A DNA stretch of 64,000 nucleotides from Clostridia bacterium (GCA_050951325.1 JBMNIW010000011.1:64001-128000), one strand, 5' to 3'; positions 39,360 to 50,313 are shown, numbered from the stretch's first letter. The notes: generated by a model from the sequence alone, not told the origin. Numbers and translations are program-made.

Positions 39360-39557
39360 ATGGAAACAAAGAAACTTTACAAAAGCAGAGAAAAAATGAT
39401 TGCAGGAGTGTGTGGGGGTATTGCAGAATACATTAACATAGACCCCACATTGGTAAGGCTTGCATGGGTGCTTTTGTTTTTTGCAGGCTGCACAGGTCTC
39501 CTTGCATATATTGTTGCTGCAATAATCATGCCAGAAAAACCTGCGGAATTAAATTGA
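39360..39557 (+). CDS. pspC: PspC-domain protein
   Basis: KKLYKS.EKMIAGVCGGIAEY.NIDPTLVR...LLAYIVAAIIMP. Confidence 0.92.
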   Translation: METKKLYKSREKMIAGVCGGIAEYINIDPTLVRLAWVLLFFAGCTGLLAYIVAAIIMPEKPAELN

Positions 39558-40445
39558 ATGCACGCAGATTTCTGGTCTCGACCTAAAGCGGAGTGGCAAT
39601 AATGTGCACCCTACTCCACTTGTGATATACATGTTATTACCATTGTATTCATACCTACCGTAAACATATCCCTGATGCGGCAGTTTGTCTCCTCTTAGCA
39701 GTTTGAATTCCAATCTGAAAGGAAGCCAGATCTGCCCGCCGTGGGTATGGCCGAATAAGAACAAATCCGCTTTTCTCTCATTTATATATATCATTACATC
39801 CGGATTGTGGGATGCAACTATTAAAGTTGCATTCTCTTTTTTTGCCTTCTTGTTCCACAAGTCCAAAAATTCACCAATGTACTCTTCCTTGTCCTTTCCT
39901 TCTCCCGGAACTTCATAGCTTTTGTCGTCCCGATGATCGCATAACCCTGCGATAACAAACTTTCTTTCATAAGTTTCGTATATGCAATAATCATTCTCCA
40001 ATACTCTAATGTATGGCGATATATTTTCCAAGGCATTTATATACGCACTCTTGGCCAAGGGTTCATCGTTGAACAATATATTGTCGTGATTCCCCAGGGT
40101 TATGTATATGGGGCATCTTGCGCTATTTGACAGCATGTACAAAAAAGTTTCCAGTTTTCCCAGATGTCCTTTTAAACATAAATCCCCCGTTATTACCACA
40201 AAGTGCGGTCTTTCATCATGTATTATTCCGCAAATTTTCTTGAAACTTACCTGATGCATCGGGATATGAAGGTCGGATATGTGTATGAAGTTGACAAGGT
40301 TGTCTCCTTCTCCAAACCTCGTCCTTGTGATCTTCACATTCGACGCCTGCTTCTTCATAATGATAATCACCATGAGTGCCACCATTACAAGACAGAAAAG
40401 CAAAATCGCAATGTTCTCAAGAAAAACCCTAAGCGTATTTTCCAT
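39549..40445 (-). CDS. Calcineurin-like metallophosphoesterase (YkuE-like)
   Basis: SDLH, TGDL, GNHD, HNPD, GHTHGGQ. Confidence 0.92.
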   Translation of the reverse strand: MENTLRVFLENIAILLFCLVMVALMVIIIMKKQASNVKITRTRFGEGDNLVNFIHISDLHIPMHQVSFKKICGIIHDERPHFVVITGDLCLKGHLGKLETFLYMLSNSARCPIYITLGNHDNILFNDEPLAKSAYINALENISPYIRVLENDYCIYETYERKFVIAGLCDHRDDKSYEVPGEGKDKEEYIGEFLDLWNKKAKKENATLIVASHNPDVMIYINERKADLFLFGHTHGGQIWLPFRLEFKLLRGDKLPHQGYVYGRYEYNGNNMYITSGVGCTLLPLRFRSRPEICVHSI

Positions 40446-40507
40446 ATTTGAAATCTTTCCCCCTATTTAAATATCCCTCCATTTAAAACAGAGGGATACG
40501 TTAAAAG

Positions 40508-41089
40508 TTATTTCTTCTTTGCCTTTTTCTTTTTACCCTTCTTTTTCTTGTTTACCTGGTGTTTGGTCATTGAAACAATGTAATATGCGACACCGTATAC
40601 AAGGATAATTGCCGACGCTGCGTACAAAAGATACGAAAGTATTTTAAGTACATCGGAGAAAGTAAACTCGTCATCCTCAATGTCTACCGTCGGTGTATTC
40701 GTAGCCTCATCCGTCTCTTCAGGAGTTGGTGAGGGTTCCAATTCTTCCGTCTTTTCGGGAGTTGCAACTCCCGGTGTCAGCTTGCCTATGGTAGGTGTTG
40801 CAGACGGAGTTGGTGTGGGCGTATCTGTAGGTTTGGGTGTTGGCGTCTTAGTAGGTTCCGGTGTTTTAACCGGTTCAGTTGTAGGTTCCGGTGTTTCAGG
40901 TATTTCAGTGGGCTCAGTTGTAGGATCAGGTGTTTCCGTAACGTCCGGAGTCTCTTCCACTTCCTCGGTAACCAAAGGTGTCTCTTCCGGAGGCACAGGA
41001 GTATTATCCTCTTCAGTGCCGTATGCCATAAAAGAGAACACAAACACCAGTATTAATATTAGACAGAAAAATATTTTCGCTTTCTTCAC
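40508..41089 (-). CDS. Secreted Pro/Thr/Glu-rich protein with C-terminal TM and Lys-rich tail
   Basis: Signal peptide; almost entirely a PT/E linker; TM; KKKKGKKKKAKKK. Confidence 0.75.
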   Translation of the reverse strand: MKKAKIFFCLILILVFVFSFMAYGTEEDNTPVPPEETPLVTEEVEETPDVTETPDPTTEPTEIPETPEPTTEPVKTPEPTKTPTPKPTDTPTPTPSATPTIGKLTPGVATPEKTEELEPSPTPEETDEATNTPTVDIEDDEFTFSDVLKILSYLLYAASAIILVYGVAYYIVSMTKHQVNKKKKGKKKKAKKK

Positions 41090-42103
41090 TTAATACCTAC
41101 CCCTATAACTAAACATACTCTTTTTACTACGTTTTCCCCAAATCATATATCCAATACCTATTCCTGCCCACATGCCAATTATTATTGACACAAACCCCCA
41201 AAATACATACGCCCATATGTCAATATTGTCATCTCCTCCATTGCCGATAGGAACAGAAGGTTCCGGACTCTTGGTTATTGCCGGAGTTTTATCGCTAATT
41301 GCAGGCGTCTTCGTTTCCAAGTTCGTCGGTTCCGGTGTCAAATCTCCTGTTTCAAGTGGTGGTGTTTCTGTTTCATTCACCGGTGTTGGCGTTTCAGTAG
41401 GAGCTGGAGTACTAGGTTTTGGCGTATCCGTCGGTTTTGCTGTTGTCGGTTTTGGCGTATCTGTAGGCTTGGCCGTTGGCTCCTTTGTAGGTGTAGGTGT
41501 AGGTGTAGGTGTGGGAGTCGCCGTTGGCGTTGGTGTGGGTGTCGGTGTCGGTGTGGGAGTGGGCGTTGGTGTCACAACATTAAACATCAAACCTTTCACC
41601 AAAAAGGACGTCCTTGGTATTAATCTGAAATCCGCAGTCGATCCGTTGGGGACATCTTCTCCTTGTTCATATACAAACCAGATATCATCACCATGCTGCA
41701 CATTGTCCTTGACCTTGAACTCAAGCGTGCATATCGTAAGGGAGCTTTTTGGATTTTCAAACCCCACCCAGATATCTCTGATGTTATCCGTTTCCTTCCT
41801 CACATCCACGGTATCATCCGCACCAAGGCTTTCATTTTTCTGATACCCAACATATTCCACCTTGTCATGAGGATACCACACAAAAAATCTCAGGGCCAGT
41901 ATGTCATGAATTGAGCTGAACTTAATCTCAAGTTTTATAGTATCTCCAGGCATGATGGTACTATTTGGAGATGACATTGACAGTGTTATAACCGCCGCAT
42001 GAAACAGTACCGTACCTGCTCTTCCAACTATTGCTACAGCTATTATTACAATTATTAATTGAACTGTTCTCTTAAATATTATGTTTGCTATATTCTTGTT
42101 CAT
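41090..42103 (-). CDS. Membrane-anchored cohesin-like domain protein with long PT linker
   Basis: PGDTIKLEIKF...LRFFVWYP.DKVEYVG...ICTLEFKVK cohesin-like pattern; PT linker; C-terminal TM. Confidence 0.6.
   Translation of the reverse strand: MNKNIANIIFKRTVQLIIVIIAVAIVGRAGTVLFHAAVITLSMSSPNSTIMPGDTIKLEIKFSSIHDILALRFFVWYPHDKVEYVGYQKNESLGADDTVDVRKETDNIRDIWVGFENPKSSLTICTLEFKVKDNVQHGDDIWFVYEQGEDVPNGSTADFRLIPRTSFLVKGLMFNVVTPTPTPTPTPTPTPTPTATPTPTPTPTPTKEPTAKPTDTPKPTTAKPTDTPKPSTPAPTETPTPVNETETPPLETGDLTPEPTNLETKTPAISDKTPAITKSPEPSVPIGNGGDDNIDIWAYVFWGFVSIIIGMWAGIGIGYMIWGKRSKKSMFSYRGRY
41483..41573 (-). repeat. Low-complexity Pro-Thr codon repeat (linker)
   Basis: gtaggt/gtcggt/gttggt hexamer units encoding (TP)n. 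Confidence 0.85.
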
Positions 42104-42116
42104 ATAATTACCCCTA

Positions 42117-44249
42117 TCATTTTTGCCCTATCGTATAATTGCCTATAATATGCTGCCTTATCATTGAGAAATCCGCCAGATTAATATCTTCCTTGTCTCT
42201 TTCGGCAATATTTGCAGCTTTGAATCTTATACCATCTATTGTCACTTTCTTGAGAATATGCTGTCTTATGTACGAGTAGTCAGGCAGGTTTATGTCGCCA
42301 TCACCATTAACGTCCCCGTACAGTATTACAGTATACCTGTCATACACCGTGTCTTTCTTGAAAAGTTCAATAACCGCACCTGTACCAACATAGCTTTTTC
42401 CTGAAATGAGGTTTTCAAAAATATCGGTCACCCTGATTTCGAGTCCTGAAACACCTTCATCCTCTATTACAAAGTTTTCAAGGAATGCATCAACTGTTGT
42501 TTTGGGCACAAGATTGCATATAGTCTTGGATACGCTATCAACAGCGTAATCCGATGAAGGTTTCAAATCCAGGTATGGGTTTTGAATGTTTTCCAGCATC
42601 AATTCCGAAACATACAGATTCATGGTTGCAGCACCAATCACTGTGTCCTTTTCAGCATCAAGAGCCACAACACTTATTTCATACAATCCCGTAGTCTCAG
42701 GATTCCAGACAAGGGAGTTGTCTTTTCTTGATATTATGTAATTCGTCTCACCATATCTGCTAAATTTGTAGGAGTATAGTATCTCTCCTTCATAATCCGC
42801 ATTTGCTTCCAGCACGATATGGGCACCTTCCTGTACCAAGGCGCTTCTGTTTAATTTCGAATAGGATATCTCAATATTGCTGTCGTATTGCTGCTTTGTG
42901 CTCTTGTCCGACAAAAAGACATCATCCAGCATTACATGCACAGGCACAGCTACAGGAGTCTGCACATATGCATCGTCAACAAACAGTTTGATATTGGCAA
43001 GACAGTAGTATATTCCCGGAACTTCCAGGTCTATTGCGTTAAAACTATCTGTATCCACTTCTATGCTTGCTTCCTCATCCCTGCAAACTATTGCTGATTT
43101 TATCATTTCAATGCTTATTGGTTCACCTTTTGCAGGGTATATGGGATAGACTCTTGCAACAGGCGAGGAAAAATGCTCAACATCGGAAAACTTGAGGACC
43201 ATTGTCTTTTCGATGGAAAGTCCTGCCTTGTTCATAACAGAGACCTTTACCTCCTGGCCGTCATCCTGCCTTACTGCAAGTTTTGGCTCCGTATGAATGT
43301 ATTCAATGCCATAATTGTCCCTTACCACCACATATTTTGATATATCGTACACATCATCAAATGATACAATTGGTATGATTATTTCATCACCGGAGATAAT
43401 CGGATTGACATGGGGTACTACATGCACCTTCATGATTTTCTCGGTCTTGTTTCCCGTGGCATCGCTGACAACAATAGTCAGGTTGTACTCCCCTATTTTT
43501 GATATGTTAATTTCATCCATGTCAAAGGTTATGGTACATGCGCCCTTGCTGTTGTCCATATATTTAATGTTTCTCAATATTTTTTCTTCACTCAGCACAT
43601 AATCTTTTGCTATGTAAGTATCCATTACTTCCACTTCAGGAGGTGTTGTATCATTTTTTACAATATTGTCCGGCACGACATTTATTTCATCCTGCAAAGA
43701 TTCTTCACTCGATGCATGCAAAACGCATACCGTATAGGCTCCTGTCATGGTTTGAAATTGGACAATGCTGACTCCTATCGATTTAATACCTGGATTTAAC
43801 AAAATTCTTCCACTGGAAAAACTGGTTTCCAAAGTCCTTGAAAAATAAGTGGCAAGGCTTTCATCCGAAGTATTACCACCACTAAGCATATACAATATTT
43901 CTTCTTTTTCCACATAAGGCAATATATCGTTCAAACTTTTGTCTTTGAGAGGTCCTGAAACAAATTCTGTTTCATTAATGTTTTCAGGATACTGGGATAT
44001 GTATAAAGATTTGTACTTTGCACTTTTGACCAGTATATTGGATTCACCAAGAGGCGCAAGTCCATGCAAAGCCCTAATATTGTTCACTTTTTCAACAATC
44101 AGGGCTGATGCATTTTCTCTTGTTTCGTATGGATTAATGAAGTCCAGTTCAGGAAGATAGTCAACACTAGAAGATGAAGGCATTGCAAGAAGGCCTATTA
44201 TCAAGGCCATTAACACCACTATGCTGCATATACCTCTTCTTGCTTTCAT
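42117..44249 (-). CDS. Secreted CAP-like plus Ig-like repeat protein with C-terminal dockerin
   Basis: VNNIRALHGLAPL and LLNPGIKSIGVS (CAP-like); DTTPP and GEYNLTIVVSDATGN (Ig-like); YGDVNGDGDINLPD and DINLADFSMIRQHI (dockerin). Confidence 0.8.
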   Translation of the reverse strand: MKARRGICSIVVLMALIIGLLAMPSSSSVDYLPELDFINPYETRENASALIVEKVNNIRALHGLAPLGESNILVKSAKYKSLYISQYPENINETEFVSGPLKDKSLNDILPYVEKEEILYMLSGGNTSDESLATYFSRTLETSFSSGRILLNPGIKSIGVSIVQFQTMTGAYTVCVLHASSEESLQDEINVVPDNIVKNDTTPPEVEVMDTYIAKDYVLSEEKILRNIKYMDNSKGACTITFDMDEINISKIGEYNLTIVVSDATGNKTEKIMKVHVVPHVNPIISGDEIIIPIVSFDDVYDISKYVVVRDNYGIEYIHTEPKLAVRQDDGQEVKVSVMNKAGLSIEKTMVLKFSDVEHFSSPVARVYPIYPAKGEPISIEMIKSAIVCRDEEASIEVDTDSFNAIDLEVPGIYYCLANIKLFVDDAYVQTPVAVPVHVMLDDVFLSDKSTKQQYDSNIEISYSKLNRSALVQEGAHIVLEANADYEGEILYSYKFSRYGETNYIISRKDNSLVWNPETTGLYEISVVALDAEKDTVIGAATMNLYVSELMLENIQNPYLDLKPSSDYAVDSVSKTICNLVPKTTVDAFLENFVIEDEGVSGLEIRVTDIFENLISGKSYVGTGAVIELFKKDTVYDRYTVILYGDVNGDGDINLPDYSYIRQHILKKVTIDGIRFKAANIAERDKEDINLADFSMIRQHIIGNYTIGQK

Positions 44250-44329
44250 ACCATTAACCCCTTGTCATTTGTAAAAACTCACGAATATTATAGCATAAGC
44301 GGAATGCATATACAATAAACAAGCTTTGC

Positions 44330-46953
44330 CTATTTTCGCTTCATAGCTTTCTGGTGAAGATTGAATAAAACATTCAAGGCTTCTATAGGTGTTATCGTCT
44401 GGACATCCAGATTCTTGAGCTCTTCCACTATTTCATCCCGCATAACGGTGTTTGCTGCATAGGTAAACAAGTCAACCTGTCCTTCGCCGTCCTTGTTCCT
44501 CCTCTTTAATCTCCTTATTTCCTTTCTGCTTATGTCCTGTTCCTCAAGAATGGATAAAGAGTTCCTTCGCTCTTATTGTAACAGCCTGGGGAATACCGGC
44601 CAGCTGCGCTACCTCAATTCCGTAGCTGCCATCGGCCCCTCCCCGCTTCAGTTTTCTAAGGAAAACAATGTCGTCTCCCTTTTTCAGAACATCAACGCAG
44701 TAGTTTTTAACCCCCTGTATTTTCCCTTCCAACTCGGTTATCTCATGGTAATGGGTTGCGAACAATGTCCTGCTTTTTATGTTCTCCAATATGTATTCAA
44801 GCACAGCCCATGCTATTGATAGACCGTCAAAGGTACTTGTACCCCTTCCTATTTCATCCAGGATCAGGAGACTTCTTTCAGTGCTGTTTGATAGAATATT
44901 TGCTACCTCGCTCATTTCCACCATGAAGGTACTCTGACCTGATGCAAGGTCGTCTGATGCTCCAACTCTTGTAAAGAGCTTGTCCACAATACCAATAACA
45001 GCGCTTTCAGCGGGTACAAAGCAGCCAGCCTGAGCCATTAGAACAATTAGGGCAACCTGCCTCATATATGTGGACTTTCCGGCCATGTTTGGTCCTGTGA
45101 TTACCAGCAATGTATCGTCCTCCGGTGCAACATATGCATCGTTCGGTACGAATTCACCGTCAGAAAGCATCTTCTCCACCACAGGGTGTCTTCCCTGTAT
45201 TATGTCAATAACAGGCTCCTCGGTCATTTCAGGCTTTACATAGTTCTCCCTGTCGGCTACTTCCGCAAAGCATGCAAGTACGTCAAGGATTGCCACTAGC
45301 TGTCCTGTATGCATGAGTCTTTTCACGTTGCCTGCCACGCTCTGACGTATTTCTACAAATAGTTTGTATTCAAGTTCCGTCAGTTTTTCATCTGCCTCAA
45401 GGATGGCCTCCTCAATTTTTGCGAGTTCTTCCGTTGTATATCTTTCGCTGTTTGCCAGCGTTTGTTTCCTTATATAGTGTTCAGGAACCAGGTCGTAATT
45501 GGCCTTTGTCACTTCCAGGTAATATCCAAAGACCCTGTTGTACCCTATTTTCAGATTCTTGATTCCCGTCTTTTCCTTCTGCTCGCTTTCATAATCAGCA
45601 AGCCATTTCTTTCCGTCCCTTGCTGCTACCCTGTACAAGTCAACCTGGTTGTTGTATCCATCCTTGATCAACCCGCCTTCTGTTACACTTATCGGCGGTT
45701 CTTCCACTATGGCCTTGTCTATGAGTTCATATATGTCTTCAAGGCAATCCAGGTTTTCATATATCTCCCGCATTATGGCGGATTGGCATGCATTTATTGC
45801 GTTTTTGACATAAGGCAGCTGACCCAGAGATTGTTTGAGCGATATCAAATCCCTGGCATTTACATTTCCCAAAGATATCTTTCCTGTAAGGCGTTCAATG
45901 TCGTAAACTCCGTTCAATATTTCGCGTATTTCGCTTCTTGTCATGAACAGTTCTTTCAGTTCTGCAACGCCGTCAAGTCTTTTGTTTATTTCAGCTATAT
46001 TCAAGCAAGGGTTTTTCCAGCCACTTTTTTAGTTCACGGCCTCCCATTGCAGTTATGGTCTTGTCCAAAACCCATAAAAGGGAACCTTTTTTCTTCTTGT
46101 CCCTCATGGTTTCCGTTATCTCAAGATTCCTTCTTGAAGATGCGTCTATGGACATGTATTCATCTATTTTATAAAAATTAATAGTGAGCAGGTGATCCAA
46201 ATTGTTGTTTTTTTGCGTATTCATTATGTACGAGTACAAGGCACCCGCACTGTTTACGGACAAATCATACTCGCTAATCTTTTGATCCTTTATGTACTCG
46301 TTGATAAGTAGTCTGCCCTTGTCGTAGTCAAATTCTTCCTCAGGTATTGTACTTATGTACGCTCCTGTCAGGTTTGATATGAGTTTTTTTATTCTATCCA
46401 GATCTTTTGCATCTTCATTGATTATGACTTCCTTGGGGGAGTATCTTGCCACCTCGTCCGCAAGACGGTTTATGCTGGCGCCTATGGATAGCGTCGTACA
46501 GTACATCTCGCCCGTGGATACGTCTGCGGAACTGATGCCATACATGCCCCTGAAGCAATAAATGCACATAATATAGTTGTTGGATTTCTGATCAAGCATC
46601 TGCTCCTCGACTATTGTGCCGGGAGTATATATTTTTACAATCTCTCTTTTTACTATGCCTTTAGCAGTGGCAGGATCCTCTACCTGCTCACAGATGGCCA
46701 CCTTGTATCCATTTGATACAAGCTTGCTTATATACGACAGAGCAGCATGATAAGGCACGCCGCACATAGGGGCACTTTCGGAAAGCCCGCATTGACGTTT
46801 AGTCAACACGAGCTCGAGTACTTTTGATGCAACTATTGCATCATCAAAGAACATTTCATAAAAGTCCCCCAACCTGAAGAAAAGTATACAGTCTTTTACC
46901 TGCTCCTTTATGGTCATATATTGCTTCATCATAGGAGTCAGCTGCTCTGTCAT
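44330..46953 (-). CDS. mutS: DNA mismatch repair protein MutS, with two apparent +1 frameshifts (near 46002 and 44557)
   Basis: TPMMKQY, FRLGDFYEMF, GRHPVVE, TGPNMAGKSTY, GQSTFMVEM, DEIGRGTST. The missing C-terminus (LSILEEQ...QVDLF...ITPIEALN) lies in another frame and ends at 44330. Confidence 0.93.
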
Positions 46954-46986
46954 TATATATTTCCTCCAAATTTCAGTATTCAGCAA

Positions 46987-47364
46987 TTAGCAACCGGAAC
47001 AACCGCTGCAGCTGCCGCTGCATCCGCCTCCGCTGCCGTTTACATAGAATGATACTACGTCGTTGATGTTTCGCATCATGTTTTCAAATACATCCTTGGC
47101 ATGGAAATAGTTTTTTGTCAACTCGTACTCATTGAGTTCCCTTTGCTTCTGAAGAAGCATCTCTCTGCATTTCTCAATTTCTTCCTGGCCAAGTCCTTCT
47201 CTTGATGCTCTAACCATCTTCATTTGAGCATCCCTGTATTCCTCCATAAGAGTATTTCCTTTTTCGTCCTCCATGAGTGCAGCTTCAGCATCCTTCCATG
47301 CCTTCATTTCACTACTGTTTGCTATTGCCTGCCCCAGCTGGGCAGCAGCTTCCATGTAATCCAT
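46987..47364 (-). CDS. YlbF/YmcA (Ric) family regulator
   Basis: Helical protein starting A.QLG.AI..S.E; C-terminal CSGSCSGCSGC; lies between miaB and mutS. Confidence 0.85.
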   Translation of the reverse strand: MDYMEAAAQLGQAIANSSEMKAWKDAEAALMEDEKGNTLMEEYRDAQMKMVRASREGLGQEEIEKCREMLLQKQRELNEYELTKNYFHAKDVFENMMRNINDVVSFYVNGSGGGCSGSCSGCSGC

Positions 47365-47387
47365 AATTTCTATCTCCTTTTCATATT

Positions 47388-48881
47388 TTAATTTTTAGAA
47401 TTAACCAAAGTTCCATTTAGCGACCAGGTCTGGGCAGAATCTATCCTTACTGTTACTATCCTGCCAGACAGGTCGATATTTTCATCCATGCGGTCAAAAT
47501 TTACAACCTTGTTGCCTTCCGTGCGTCCGGTATACTTCTTGTCATTGGTACGGCTCAAACCTTCCACCAAAACTTCCACATTTCTGCCTACATATGATTC
47601 ATTTATTTCCCTACTTATACTATTCTGCAGCTCCAAAAGTCTGTTAAACCTTTCTTTTGCCACTTCCTCAGGAATTTGATCTTCGAATCTTGCAGCAGGA
47701 GTTCCTGTCCGTTTGGAGTAGATGAAGGTAAAAGCACTGTCAAACCTGACTTCCTCCACCACACTCAGCGTCTCATTGAAGTCTTCTTCCGTTTCGCCGG
47801 GAAACCCTACAATGATGTCTGTTGACAAGGCAATACCTGGGATCCTTTCTTTTACCTTTTTAACCAACTCAAGGTACTTCTCCTTAGTGTACTTCCTGTT
47901 CATCTTTTCAAGTATTCTTGTACTTCCGGACTGAACAGGCAGATGAAGGTGCCTGCATATTCTCTCGTTGTTTGCCATTACCTCAATGAGTTCATCCGAT
48001 AAATCCTTTGGATGGGAAGTCATGAACCTTATCCTTGGAATACTCGTACTGTCACATATGAGTTTCAGTAAAGTTGCAAAGTCAACGCCATCCCTTCTGT
48101 CATGACCGTAAGAGTTTACATTCTGTCCAAGGAGTGTTATTTCCTTTATGCCTGCCTTGTCCAGTTCTACCACTTCCGCAAGAATGTCGCATACTGCCCT
48201 GCTTCTTTCCCTGCCTCTTACATAGGGAACTATGCAGTAGGAGCAGAAGTTGTTGCATCCATACATTATTGTTACCCATGCCTTGAAATCACTATCCCTT
48301 AAAACCGGAACTCCTTCGACAACCTCGCCGTCCGTATTTGAGATCTCAAAAACACGGGTATTGGTAAAAATGCATTTGTGTAAAAGCTCAGGAAACCTGT
48401 GCAAATTATGCGTTCCAAAAACAAGGTCCACATTTTCGTACTTTTTCCTGATTTCCTGAACAACATGTTCCTGCTCGGTCATGCAGCCGCATACGGCAAT
48501 TATCATATCTTCCTTATCCCTCTTCAGACTCTTTAAGGCACCGATATGACCATATACCTTCTCCTCTGCATTTTCACGCACGCAGCATGTATTGAACACA
48601 ATCAAATCAGGCACTTCGTCCTGATTGGGTACATACCCCATTTCGTGCAGCATTCCACGGAGCTTTTCAGCGTCATGCTCATTCATCTGACAGCCAAAAT
48701 TACGTACTTCGTAGGTTCTTTTCCTGTTCTTTTCTGCAAAGTACATGTCATTCCTGTCCCTTATTTGCTCCATGTACAAGTGCTGTTTTTCTATGTCAAT
48801 CTGGCCTGCATTGATGTTTTCTTCTGCACTGCCAGAAAAATCATCCAAATCCGGGACACTTATTAGAGTCCTGTCCTGCAA
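47388..48881 (-). CDS. miaB: tRNA methylthiotransferase MiaB
   Basis: FGCQMN, NTCCVRENAE, GCNNFCSYCIVP, TSHP, HLPVQSGS; C-terminal TRAM domain. Confidence 0.97.
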   Translation of the reverse strand: MQDRTLISVPDLDDFSGSAEENINAGQIDIEKQHLYMEQIRDRNDMYFAEKNRKRTYEVRNFGCQMNEHDAEKLRGMLHEMGYVPNQDEVPDLIVFNTCCVRENAEEKVYGHIGALKSLKRDKEDMIIAVCGCMTEQEHVVQEIRKKYENVDLVFGTHNLHRFPELLHKCIFTNTRVFEISNTDGEVVEGVPVLRDSDFKAWVTIMYGCNNFCSYCIVPYVRGRERSRAVCDILAEVVELDKAGIKEITLLGQNVNSYGHDRRDGVDFATLLKLICDSTSIPRIRFMTSHPKDLSDELIEVMANNERICRHLHLPVQSGSTRILEKMNRKYTKEKYLELVKKVKERIPGIALSTDIIVGFPGETEEDFNETLSVVEEVRFDSAFTFIYSKRTGTPAARFEDQIPEEVAKERFNRLLELQNSISREINESYVGRNVEVLVEGLSRTNDKKYTGRTEGNKVVNFDRMDENIDLSGRIVTVRIDSAQTWSLNGTLVNSKN

Positions 48882-48965
48882 ATGTTCAACCTCCTTTCAA
48901 AAAGACTCCCATTTTGAGGATACTAGTATATTATATACCTCAAAGCGGTTTATGTAAAGTAAAGG

Positions 48966-50281
48966 TCACAGTACCAGCAAAAGGCCGAAAAGCGCAGCTA
49001 TAAGGACAAACGGGACACTGTCACAAGGCCGTATTTTATGAAGTCCCTGGTTTTGTATGTTATGTTTTCCCTTGAAAGAATATTTGTAAACATTATCCCT
49101 GCCAGTGCTCCTATTGGTGTAAGGTATGCACCCAGATTCGATCCTATTATGCTTGCATATACTCCAAAAGATGCAAGATGATCAGGGAGGGCTGCAAGTA
49201 TCTTCGACACTGTCAGCGTCATCGGTATGTTGTTCAGAATGTTTGACAAGATGGTTGACAAAACTCCATATGTAGCTATTGTCGTTATGCTATCGGTCGT
49301 CAGACTGTTCAACTTCTCGCCCATATTATACAGTATGTTGTATTTGTCCAAGGCAAGGATAATGATAAACATTGAGACAACAAAGGGAACCAAATCCCAA
49401 GGAGCTCTTCTCAAGGAGCTTTTCAAAACATTAAGATCTTTGTTAATCAAACCATATACCAGGAGAATCAGCATAAGACTCATGGCAAAGCCAAGGCAGA
49501 CAAGCCACATCTCCACTCTTATGAAACCCGACACTGACAAGGTTATTGTACAGAGTACAAGATGGATCAAAGATACTGTGAGAATGAATTTATCTTTTAT
49601 ACCCGTCTCTTTTTCCTCCACCTTGATTTCTTTTTTCAACTCCTTTCTGAAAATGAGAAACAGTAATAAGAAGGCTGACATGCCTGCAAAAACAGTTGGC
49701 ACAAACATGACCTTCAAATATTCAAAAAAGGATATGCCGTAAACACTGGAGATATATATGTTGGTTGGGTTGCCTATGCTCAACATCATGGAGAAGGTGT
49801 TGGCACTGACAAACTCAGCTACAAGATACGGGATGGGATTTATGTTTGCCCTCTTTGCAAAAGCACATATGAAGGGAGTAAACGTCAAGATGAGTATGTC
49901 GTTCGATGTAAATACTGTAAGAATGGAGATGACAGCATAAAGAACGACAAAGAGTGTAGTCTGATTCTTCTTGCCAAGTTTCAGTGCCTGGTTTGCAAGG
50001 TAACTGAAGAATCCAACCTCATCAAGAGCAATTGATAGAATACTTACAGAGATGAACAATACCAATATCTTCAACGGGTTTAAAGGTGTGTTCGAAAAGA
50101 GCACACTTGTCACTTCGCTTACCCCAATCAGGTTAAAAAGTAGAAGGATGATTGCGCCCATTGATGTTACAAGGAAGAAGGATTGAATTTTTCTCTCTTT
50201 TATTTTTATATATGGGTATTTTACTATTGAAAGTACAAGACAGATTATTGTTGCTCCACTTATTGACAATGTCAAGAACAT
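48966..50281 (-). CDS. ArsB/NhaD-type anion permease; last helix apparently frameshifted near 49017
   Basis: FTSND..ILTFTP, IGNPTN, NNIP, GSNLG..LTPIGALAG. Another frame gives VPFVLIAALFGLLLVL* ending at 48966. Confidence 0.85.
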
Positions 50282-50313
50282 ATGCGTGTTTATCCCCCAG
50301 TTTTACATTGTGA

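Noticed and set aside
41483-41573. Hexamer tandem repeats as a possible CRISPR array or VNTR
   Set aside because: In-frame PT linker codons; no repeat-spacer structure and no cas genes
41172-41843. Plus-strand Gly/Val-repeat ORFs (also 40680-41093 and 62978-63379)
   Set aside because: Antisense shadows of Pro/Thr linker codons in real minus-strand genes
45985-46020. Programmed ribosomal frameshifting in mutS or the radical SAM gene
   Set aside because: No slippery heptamer or stimulatory structure seen; several scattered indels fit sequencing error better
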